A DNA stretch of 64,000 nucleotides, taken from assembly GCA_041191405.1 (NCBI GenBank), contig JBEEOW010000007.1, positions 33,484-97,483 on the forward strand, written 5' to 3'. Under the pieces are notes generated by a model. The model was not told the origin of the DNA. It worked only from the letters and a program-made list of their open reading frames with translations, and did no database searches. Position numbers and translations under genes: made by a program. The DNA comes from Bacteroidota bacterium (lineage in GTDB: Bacteria; Bacteroidota; Bacteroidia; Cytophagales; UBA9547). Positions 41,901 through 48,714 of the stretch are shown here, in pieces. Numbering within the stretch: position 1 is the stretch's first letter; each line of letters begins with the position of its first letter.

Positions 41901-42188
41901 ATCAGCACTTGAAGACGCTATATATTTCCCATCTTTACTCCACGACAAACCATTAACTGTGGAAGTATGCCCCAACAAACTTCTAATTTGAGCACCTGTA
42001 CTTGCATCCCAAATAATAATACTTTTGTCTCTACTTCCTGTTGCAAAGTATTTACCATCAGTACTAGTAGCAATTGCTTTTACAGCCGCTGAATGTCCTT
42101 TTTGAATAACAGTTTCAAGTTTGTTTTGTGCAAAGCTTGCAAATGTGATAAGGATTAAAAATATTGGTAAAATGTGTTTTAATTTCAT
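38958..42188 (-). CDS. secreted WD40-repeat (two beta-propellers) protein with C-terminal caspase-like (peptidase C14) domain
   Basis: It has a signal peptide ending SFAQ and about 14 WD-like repeats (for example GHTSTVNGLSWSKDGKYIASSSADNTVKVW). The C-terminal domain carries the caspase His/Cys dyad contexts YYAGHGS and IIMDACQSGG. Confidence 0.8.
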   Translation of the reverse strand: MKLKHILPIFLILITFASFAQNKLETVIQKGHSAAVKAIATSTDGKYFATGSRDKSIIIWDASTGAQIRSLLGHTSTVNGLSWSKDGKYIASSSADNTVKVWLVNSGKLVFSSPEQNKYVTDVAFSPDAKYLILAGYSDSAEVYNTSNWTLITKIATNADQGSGYGISLAFSNDSKLLAIGEDNKTAKIYKTSDFSLLHTIAPAEGWCGGCGTLVEFSADNKYLAKLSHNDTLRLFDVLTGKEKLKFGAEVDKLQGLNFSADGKKLLLVADFVSQYDLTTNKLIQTFKSDTAAGSVNEAIYSIDGNSIITACNKNIALIYNALNGKVIGKLSGILNGQDNGGLDYDPDNYWQSNIAKYLRYKNLIALSKDDKFFITGKIARKAIKWNIASGKPETAFTGHEKAVICFDISVDNKLLVTADASGEAMLWEMETGKKLKTFKGHREPIFDVKLSPDGETVATSSWDGSIILWNLSTGKKISDIDLNNYSGYSIAFLPSSLYLVVAKLDKTLQLIEPDSKNVVRSFLGHTDIVSAVSFGLDKYKMLSASWDGTARIWDISTGIMLQKFKGHEGAIHAAIFTKDDKKVITAGADRIIRIWDANSGKLIQTLEGHQSEITSLKISNDNKLLISYSLDGAIKCWNLEKGVEFYEHLHLGENEWMAHTKDGYFNATTMARSAINFVKGMEVYAPDQFFEEYYRPDLLPSLFKNRGGANKMPSMNDKLNTSPPPIIRTALNVKPDGQTADLRIKIINSGGGIDEIKLSHNGKLLPIDHSKIIFPQEKDSFIVINQSVNLVRGHNKLEVTGYSKGRVESSPVGAAYFAENADNKIVCHVLAIGINKYKNPNLTLNFAHEDAQSFVDSLQKHKGALYTSMKIHTIFDEQATKQNILDTLNALAKHTSSHDVFVFYYAGHGSMSDNKFYFIPSDCPRLFDDGRLSKAAISATEMQEIFKQIKALKQIIIMDACQSGGSVELLAMRGSMEEKALAQLSRSAGIHVLASAGSEQNAKELSTLKHGLFTYVLLDAMSGKADGSPKDGKVTIYELKSYLDDQVPELNNKYSGKLQFPYTFSRGQDFPIVVE

Positions 42189-42301
42189 TTGGACAAATAA
42201 ATTATATTAGACAATTCATTAATAAATAAGGAATTACACATAAAAACTATAATCAACATAATAGAAATTCTTACTAGTTATTAACAAAATTTAGTAAAAA
42301 C

Positions 42302-42874
42302 TTATTGATTCAGAATCAATTTTTCTTCTAAAACCTTAGCAAATTTATAGCAAATCAAAGCAAAAAGTACTCCAGTAATACCTCCTGCAAGTACATCAGT
42401 TGTGTAGTGAACTGCTAAATATACTCTACTATAACTAATTAAAGTCGCCCAAAGTAACATTCCTGTTAACCAGTATTTTCGTGGTTTTAACCATAAGCCA
42501 AATATTATTGCAATTGCAAATGAGTTTGCAGCATGTGAGGATATAAAACCATATTGACTACCTGCTTTTTCAGGAACTTGTAATTTTGGCGCTAAATTAA
42601 CATCATAACAAGGTCTGTATCGTTTGAAAAATGGCTTACAAAATCCAGATGAAAATCTATCTGCCATGGCAATTAACAGTACAATTATTAAAACTTTGAT
42701 TCCCACACTTTTTAATGGGTAGCTTTTGTACAAACAAAATAACAAAATTGCATAAAAAATATACCACGTTTGTTTACGTGATACAAATAGCATAAACTTA
42801 TCCCAAAATGGTGTATGTGTATTATTTATTGCAAATAATATAACCTCGTCCCAATGTTGAATAGTTTCTAGCAT
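42302..42874 (-). CDS. PAP2-family phosphatase (membrane)
   Basis: Motifs KRYRPCYD, SSHAANSFA and SRVYLAVHYTTD match the three PAP2 motifs. Confidence 0.75.
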   Translation of the reverse strand: MLETIQHWDEVILFAINNTHTPFWDKFMLFVSRKQTWYIFYAILLFCLYKSYPLKSVGIKVLIIVLLIAMADRFSSGFCKPFFKRYRPCYDVNLAPKLQVPEKAGSQYGFISSHAANSFAIAIIFGLWLKPRKYWLTGMLLWATLISYSRVYLAVHYTTDVLAGGITGVLFALICYKFAKVLEEKLILNQ

Positions 42875-42878
42875 GTTG

Positions 42879-42975
42879 TAGTTGAGAGTTAAGAGTTAAG
42901 AGTTGAGAGTTAAGAGTTGAGAGTTGAGAGTTGAGAGTTTAAACAAAAACTCTTAACCCTCAACTCTTAACCCTC
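42879..42975. repeat. eight tandem gttgaga/gttaaga heptamers followed by inverted complement units (aactcttaaccctc x2)
   Basis: Seen directly in the sequence. It forms a long imperfect hairpin and exactly fills the hisIE-PAP2 intergenic space. Confidence 0.7.
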
Positions 42976-42977
42976 TA

Positions 42978-43583
42978 CTATTTATGTCTTGCTTTTAATA
43001 CTTCTAACACCTCATCAAGCGTGTAATTTTTAGCTTCTAATAAAACCAAGTAATGGAATAACAAATCAGCAGCTTCACCAAGGAATAGCTCTTTGTTGTC
43101 ATCTTTAGCTTCTATTACCAATTCTACGGCTTCCTCTCCTACTTTTTGAGCAACTTTGTTAATTCCTTTGTGAAATAAACTTGAAGTATATGACGATTCT
43201 GGAGAAGCTGCTTTACGTTGTTTAACAACCTCTTTTAATTGATTAATAAACAATGTATTATCAACTTTGTTTGGTTCATTAAAACAAGTATCAGCACCAG
43301 TGTGACATACGGGACCAACTGGTTCAGCTTTAATTAAAACAGTATCTTTGTCGCAGTCAACAATGATATTTTTAACCATCAAAAAATTGTTTGATGTTTC
43401 ACCTTTGGTCCACAAACGATTTTTTGTTCTACTAAAAAATGTAACCTTACCTTCAGCAACAGTTTTTTCTAATGCTACTTTATTCATAAACCCAACCATT
43501 AGCACTTTAGATGTTTGAACATCTTGCACTACTGCTGGGATTAAACCACCTTGTTTTTCGAAATCAATCTCTGCTATATTCAT
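42978..43583 (-). CDS. hisIE: bifunctional phosphoribosyl-AMP cyclohydrolase / phosphoribosyl-ATP pyrophosphatase
   Basis: The HisI part matches GGLIPAVVQDVQTSKVLMVGFMN...CHTG, and the HisE part matches the C-terminus (LFLGEAADLLFHYLVLL). Confidence 0.85.
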   Translation of the reverse strand: MNIAEIDFEKQGGLIPAVVQDVQTSKVLMVGFMNKVALEKTVAEGKVTFFSRTKNRLWTKGETSNNFLMVKNIIVDCDKDTVLIKAEPVGPVCHTGADTCFNEPNKVDNTLFINQLKEVVKQRKAASPESSYTSSLFHKGINKVAQKVGEEAVELVIEAKDDNKELFLGEAADLLFHYLVLLEAKNYTLDEVLEVLKARHK

Positions 43584-43643
43584 CTTTTATATCGTTGGAG
43601 GATTTTCAAAAATCCCTTTTATAAATATCTAATTATAATGTTA

Positions 43644-44714
43644 TTATCTAATTCTTAGTTTTCGACCAACTTTTAATGTTGTTCTCATACTAATTCCATT
43701 CAACTTACAAATTCTACCTGCGGAAACTTTGTATTTTTTTGCAATTCCACCAATAGTATCACCAGATTTTACTCTATGATAATACACTTTTCTTGCACGA
43801 TTTAAATACTGAAAGTTCTCTTTTGTAATTAAGCAAACTCTACTGATTACTTGTCCATCCTCGAAATCAAAGAAATATTCAGCATCTATTGGCGAACCTT
43901 CAAATCGAACTTCAAAATGCAAATGTGGACCAGTACTTCTACCTGTGCTTCCACCCCAACCAATAAAATCACCCGCTTTAACATATTGACCAACTTCAAC
44001 AAACGATTTAGTTAAGTGACCATATAAAGTTTCAAGTCCATTGTAATGCCTCAGTGTGATATAGTTACCGTAACCTCCACCATCATATTTCGACATACGA
44101 ACTATTCCATCAAATACTGCAAAAACTGAATCTTTTATATCTAATTCTAAATCAGTACCAAAATGCCAACGTGACCAACGAGCACCAAAATCACTGGTTA
44201 CAAATGTTTTTCTTAATGGTGGATGAAAATAACGACCTTGCGTTGAGTCGTACAATGTAATTTGTACAGTATCTTTAAAATTACTATGGTCAATTCTGTA
44301 TGGATTTACACTTCTTGAATCCCAAATAGAGTAATATTCTGCAATTTTAACCCAAACGCAGTCCATTTTCATCTCTTCAGTTACTTCAACTATGCTTAAT
44401 TCTCCATCTTCCATTGAAGATGTATCTTCACTCACGATAGATAATTTTCTTCTTGGATCAAAAACTGAGCGCTTTGCATCAGAATATTCGTCAAATAAAT
44501 CACCTTCTTCTACATGAATAATGGATGTATCTGCCTCTACTGCATCTATTTTAGGTGCTTTAATATCCCAGATATCGCTTGTTCCTCTTTTGGGTGGTTT
44601 ATTGGGCTGACTTTGAGCAAATGCACTTGTAAAAAGTGTAAAAAGTAGCGTAATTATATATATTTTTTTGAAATTCATAGGCAATACTATTTGATACTTT
44701 ATCGTATCGTGCAA
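43644..44714 (-). CDS. M23-family metallopeptidase with C-terminal LysM domain
   Basis: It has a signal peptide, the M23 motifs HFGTDL and GPHLHFEV, and a LysM domain (YHRVKSGDTIGGIAKKY). Confidence 0.8.
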   Translation of the reverse strand: MHDTIKYQIVLPMNFKKIYIITLLFTLFTSAFAQSQPNKPPKRGTSDIWDIKAPKIDAVEADTSIIHVEEGDLFDEYSDAKRSVFDPRRKLSIVSEDTSSMEDGELSIVEVTEEMKMDCVWVKIAEYYSIWDSRSVNPYRIDHSNFKDTVQITLYDSTQGRYFHPPLRKTFVTSDFGARWSRWHFGTDLELDIKDSVFAVFDGIVRMSKYDGGGYGNYITLRHYNGLETLYGHLTKSFVEVGQYVKAGDFIGWGGSTGRSTGPHLHFEVRFEGSPIDAEYFFDFEDGQVISRVCLITKENFQYLNRARKVYYHRVKSGDTIGGIAKKYKVSAGRICKLNGISMRTTLKVGRKLRIR

Positions 44715-44792
44715 AACAAATATTCCCGATTATATACTTTTATAGAAATACAATCGGGAATAAAGGTAATAAAAAATATTGTATTTTGAAAC

Positions 44793-45734
44793 TTATTCTT
44801 GCGAAGCAAGGTATCTTTCAGCATCTAAAGCTGCCATACAGCCAGTTCCTGCGGCAGTAATTGCTTGTCTGTAAACGTGGTCTTGAACATCTCCACAAGC
44901 AAAAACGCCTTCTACATTTGTTTTTGAACTATCAGGTTTAGTGATGATATAACCACTTTCGTCCATATCAATTACACCTTTAAATATATCAGAATTTGGT
45001 TTGTGACCAATAGCTACAAAGAAACCAGTTACCGCTTTTTGAGTTATTTCACCTGTTCGAACATTTTTTACAGTAAATCCGTCAACACCATCTTTACCTA
45101 AAATTTCTTGTGTTTCTGATTCCCATAAAATTTCAATTTTAGGATTGTTCATTACACGTTTTTGCATAATTACCGAAGCTCTCATTTGACCTTCTGGCTT
45201 ACGCACAATCATATACACTTTATTACAAAGATTTGCTAAATAAGTAGCTTCTTCACAAGCTGTATCACCAGCTCCAACAATGGCAACATCTTGATTTCTA
45301 TAGAAAAAACCGTCGCAAACAGCACAAGCCGAAACGCCCATACCATTCAAACGTGTTTCTGATTCTAAACCTAACCATTTTGCAGATGCACCTGTCGAAA
45401 TAATTACAGTATCAGCCTCAATAACTGTGGTTTCGTCAATAGTAACTTTTTTGTTTTTAGGGTCTGAAAAATCCACTGAAGTTGCTATACCTATGCGAAT
45501 ATCAGCACCAAAACGTTTAGCTTGCTCTTCAAATTGAACCATCATTTCTGGACCAGTAACTCCTTCTGGGTAGCCAGGGAAATTCTCTACATCATTAGTC
45601 ATAGTAAGCTGACCACCAGGTTGTGGACCTGTATATAAAACTGGTTTTAAACCAGCTCTTGATGCATAAATTGCCGCTGTATATCCCGCAGGACCTGATC
45701 CAATAATTAAACAATGTACTTTTTCTGCTGACAT
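44793..45734 (-). CDS. trxB: thioredoxin-disulfide reductase
   Basis: It has the FAD motif GSGPAGYTAA, the redox centre CAVCDG and the NADPH motif GAGDTA. Confidence 0.9.
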   Translation of the reverse strand: MSAEKVHCLIIGSGPAGYTAAIYASRAGLKPVLYTGPQPGGQLTMTNDVENFPGYPEGVTGPEMMVQFEEQAKRFGADIRIGIATSVDFSDPKNKKVTIDETTVIEADTVIISTGASAKWLGLESETRLNGMGVSACAVCDGFFYRNQDVAIVGAGDTACEEATYLANLCNKVYMIVRKPEGQMRASVIMQKRVMNNPKIEILWESETQEILGKDGVDGFTVKNVRTGEITQKAVTGFFVAIGHKPNSDIFKGVIDMDESGYIITKPDSSKTNVEGVFACGDVQDHVYRQAITAAGTGCMAALDAERYLASQE

Positions 45735-45931
45735 AATATTTCTAGTTTATCTATTCTCAAAATTGATATTACAAAAATGGTTAATCAATGCCTTAAACAC
45801 AAATTATATGGCATTGATTATTTTTATTTCAAGATAAAAATTATTGATAGTTTTCTTCAAGACTTAGGATGAATGACATAAGACTTTGTAATAAAATATT
45901 ATTAATTGAGATGTAGATGAGCGGTGGGCAA

Positions 45932-46058
45932 AAAATCCTTGGATATGGCATCATGATTGTAAATCAGGACGAGCACGATAATCATACTACAAAAAGGTTC
46001 GGAGAACCTAATTTATCTACTGTTCGAGATGCGCTTCGCTAACATCTCGAACAGCAAG
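45932..46058 (+). repeat. R1 repeat copy a (~127 bp) ending in a 12-bp-stem hairpin plus T-run
   Basis: It is about 90% identical to 46853-46979. The hairpin ctgttcgagatg-cgcttcgctaa-catctcgaacag at 46020-46054 is followed by agattttatt. Confidence 0.65.
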
Positions 46059-46065
46059 ATTTTAT

Positions 46066-46169
46066 TAGTTTTTGTTCTTAATTTTTAAGGGAAGGTGTCG
46101 ATGAGCGGTCGTTTATCTAGTTTTTGTTGTTAATTTTTAAGAGAAGATGTGGAAGAGCGGACAATATCT
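46066..46169. repeat. 52-bp tandem duplication (2 units)
   Basis: The units are tagtttttgttcttaatttttaagggaaggtgtcgatgagcggtcg and tagtttttgttgttaatttttaagagaagatgtggaagagcggaca. A related gatgtagatgagcggtgggc sits at 45903. Confidence 0.55.
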
Positions 46170-46594
46170 TAAATTTTAACACCTATAGTAATTAGATGGA
46201 GTATATTATTTAATTTTTTTACATTATTAACTTTTAATATGTGATATTCAGATTGGGTCATTTGCCAACTCTGAATTTTGGAAATTTCTTTAATTAAGAA
46301 ATCTGACCATAAGCTACTTTTTGAAAAATAAAAAAATAACTTTTCAGGTTCATTTAAAATATCATATTCATCTTTAGGGAAAGGTTCTTCCCAATTGTCA
46401 AAATAATCTGGCACATCCCTAATTATTTCAATATAATTTTCAAAAATAGATTTGCTCAAAGTTTTTAATTGCTCGTTATCAATTGATATTATTATCTGAA
46501 TTTTTACCTTAGAATTAACTCTTTCATTGTCTGACCAAGTAAATTCGTCATAACTCAATTTATTAAACCCTAATGATAAATTTTCTATTCTCAT
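46169..46594 (-). CDS. hypothetical small acidic cytoplasmic protein (141 aa)
   Basis: Intact ORF flanked by repeat elements. It has no motif. Confidence 0.4.
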   Translation of the reverse strand: MRIENLSLGFNKLSYDEFTWSDNERVNSKVKIQIIISIDNEQLKTLSKSIFENYIEIIRDVPDYFDNWEEPFPKDEYDILNEPEKLFFYFSKSSLWSDFLIKEISKIQSWQMTQSEYHILKVNNVKKLNNILHLITIGVKI

Positions 46595-46705
46595 TATGTA
46601 TTTCGCACTTATTAATGTTATGCACTGTAGCTACCCTTGTTATTCTTATGACCAACAAGCCACTATATTTTATATCTTACTCCAATCTGAGTAATGACAT
46701 AAAAT

Positions 46706-46818
46706 TTCCGCTACTCGACTTCTTCCCTAACCACTTACACAACTGCAAGATAGTGTGGCTATTCGATATTTGCAATGTCGAATCAGTATCAGTGGATTTG
46801 CAATCCACATAAACAGTT
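46706..46818. repeat. R2 repeat copy a (~110 bp)
   Basis: It matches 47811-47916, apart from a 12-bp indel and a few substitutions. Confidence 0.6.
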
Positions 46819-46852
46819 GTTAAAAAAACATTTTGCTAACTATTTAGGATTG

Positions 46853-46979
46853 AAAATCCTTAGATATAGCATCCAGATTGCAAATCATTACGAGCACGAT
46901 AATCATACTACAAAAAGGTTCAGAGAACCTAATTTATCTACAGTTCGAGATGCGCTTCGCTAACATCTCGAACAGCAAG
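46853..46979 (+). repeat. R1 repeat copy b, hairpin plus ttttttt
   Basis: It is a direct repeat of 45932-46058. Its terminator-like hairpin lies at 46942-46975 and is followed by a T7 run. Confidence 0.65.
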
Positions 46980-47089
46980 TTTTTTTGAATCTATTATATT
47001 CAGTCGTTGCACTTACTACAGCTAAACCTGCTTGTACAAAGGAACTTGCCCTGCAAAGTTCACTGTTATTTTCTTTCCCATTAAAGTAT

Positions 47090-47602
47090 TCAGCGGTCTT
47101 GCCCCCTAATTTTATTGAAATTCAATACTAAATAAAGAGGAACTTTTCTTTTTATAAATTCATTCCCTCGTCTTATTCTGATTACCCCATCGCCTAAATA
47201 CATTACATTCAAACTTAGGTTAAAACATTTATATTGTCCTTCTTTAGTGCTCAATATAGATGTCTCGTATTTTTCCAAAACCGAATGAAGAGAATCATTT
47301 ATACCAATACTAAAGTATTTTATTGATTTACTATTTTGTTCATTAATACATTGTTTGGGCACTTCTAATCCATATTCAAAGGCATAAAAACCTTCCTTAT
47401 AAGCAATACTATCATTTTGTATAACAAATAAAGAAGCCCTTCTATATATCATATCATCTTCAGACCATAAATCATTTGACCATTCAAAAGCAAAATCCCC
47501 TTCTATATGTTTTACATCACATATCTTCAAGTCTTGACCATAGGTTTTTAAGCTAATAAAAACAAACAGTATATATATATACTTGCTACTTAATTTTAAC
47601 AT
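47090..47602 (-). CDS. secreted hypothetical protein (170 aa, signal peptide)
   Basis: It has a signal peptide ending TYGQ. Its ATG overlaps the last five codons of the metalloprotease remnant. Confidence 0.45.
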   Translation of the reverse strand: MLKLSSKYIYILFVFISLKTYGQDLKICDVKHIEGDFAFEWSNDLWSEDDMIYRRASLFVIQNDSIAYKEGFYAFEYGLEVPKQCINEQNSKSIKYFSIGINDSLHSVLEKYETSILSTKEGQYKCFNLSLNVMYLGDGVIRIRRGNEFIKRKVPLYLVLNFNKIRGQDR

Positions 47603-47849
47603 TTTTTAAGTTTGTATTAATTATATCAATATTATTCTTCTTTGTAGGTCTAATTATACCCTGTTTATTGCTCATCATCCCGTCTTGGCTATAATCGTCT
47701 TTTGCATGATTAAGACCAAAGTTATGTCCCATCTCATGTGCAACTAAGTCTTTCTCATCAGCTCCATGCTCGGCTACATTTATATCTATAGGGTTCTTTC
47801 CAAAAACTTCATCATTTCCGCTCCTCGAGTTCTTCCCTAACCACTTACA
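47586..47849 (-). pseudogene. start-less C-terminal remnant of an HExxHxxGxxH zinc metalloprotease (metzincin-like)
   Basis: The translation is CKWLGKNSRSGNDEVFGKNPIDINVAEHGADEKDLVAHEMGHNFGLNHAKDDYSQDG...NVKIK*. There is no start codon upstream of the HExxH motif, and the reading frame opens inside repeat R2b. Confidence 0.55.
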
Positions 47850-47916
47850 CTACTGCAAGATAGTGTAGCTATTCGATATTTACAATGTCGAATATTTGCA
47901 ATCCACATAAACAGTT
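47811..47916. repeat. R2 repeat copy b
   Basis: It is a direct repeat of 46706-46818. On the minus strand its end encodes CKWLGK(N/K)S(R/S)SGN in frame with the metalloprotease remnant. Confidence 0.6.
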
Positions 47917-47995
47917 TTTAATTAAACCATTTATTTATTCATTTAAACATTCAAAAAATCAATTAATACATTAATTTTAATGAAAATTTTAACTT

Positions 47996-48679
47996 ATGAA
48001 AAATTTAGTAGTTCTAACAGGTGCAGGTATAAGTGCCGAAAGTGGCATAAAAACTTTTAGAGATTCTGACGGATTATGGGAAGGACACGATGTAATGGAA
48101 GTGGCTACTCCTCAAGGTTTTGCGAAGAACCCTGCGTTGGTTTTAGAGTTTTATAACCAACGTAGAAAACAAGCTCTTGAAGTAAAACCAAATGGTGGTC
48201 ACATAGGTTTGAAAGACTTAGAAAAACATTTTAATGTATCAATCATTACCCAAAATGTAGATTCATTACACGAACATGCAGGTTCAAAAAATGTACTTCA
48301 TTTACATGGAAAATTAGACGAAAGTAGAAGTACTAAAAACCCTGATTTAGTGTATAAATTAAATTCTTGGGAGCTTAACTTAGGAGATAAATGTGAATTA
48401 GGTTCTCAACTTCGCCCAAATATAGTATGGTTTGGTGAGGCGGTTCCAGCCATTGAGGGTGCAATAGAAATTGTAGCCAAAGCTGATATTTTCGTCATAA
48501 TTGGTACATCATTAGTTGTTTACCCAGCCGCAAGTTTGATTGATTATGTTCCTAAAAAAGTGCCAGTTTATGTAATTGACCCAAATAAACCCTCACTTAC
48601 AAATATCAAACACAATATAACTTTTATTGAAGAAATGGCTAGTGTTGGGGTGGAAAAATTAAAGGGTTTGATAATATAA
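47996..48679 (+). CDS. NAD-dependent protein deacylase, Sir2 family (CobB-like)
   Basis: It has the Sir2 motifs GAGISAESGIKTFRD, QNVDSLH and an HG in LHLHGKL. The Zn-ribbon region has only one conserved Cys, which matches the short bacterial CobB forms. It is 227 aa. Confidence 0.85.
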   Translation: MKNLVVLTGAGISAESGIKTFRDSDGLWEGHDVMEVATPQGFAKNPALVLEFYNQRRKQALEVKPNGGHIGLKDLEKHFNVSIITQNVDSLHEHAGSKNVLHLHGKLDESRSTKNPDLVYKLNSWELNLGDKCELGSQLRPNIVWFGEAVPAIEGAIEIVAKADIFVIIGTSLVVYPAASLIDYVPKKVPVYVIDPNKPSLTNIKHNITFIEEMASVGVEKLKGLII

Positions 48680-48714
48680 GGGCGATTGAACTCCCTTATA
48701 TTATCAATTTAATT

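Noticed and set aside
45990-46054. tRNA-like fragment (ggttcggagaacc resembles a T-arm, and gttcgag resembles a T-loop)
   Set aside because: No cloverleaf can be drawn: there is no acceptor stem or anticodon arm. The hairpin is simply followed by a T-run.
46573-46963. Plus-strand ORFs 46573..46812 and 46775..46963 from the ORF track
   Set aside because: They run through the R2a/R1b repeats antisense to all neighbouring genes, with low-complexity translations. They are most likely spurious.
45932-47916. R1/R2 as integron attC sites with the small ORFs as gene cassettes
   Set aside because: The elements do not show the R''-L''/L'-R' organisation. The best core-like strings, GTTAGGG in R2 and GTTCGAG in R1, deviate from GTTRRRY. 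No intI is nearby. The idea is kept only as a loose analogy.
47996-48679. Sir2-domain protein next to the repeat islet as a Sir2-based anti-phage effector (Thoeris/DSR-like)
   Set aside because: At 227 aa it is the size of housekeeping CobB deacylases and has no extra SLOG, TIR-partner or Argonaute domains. The adjacency is probably coincidental.
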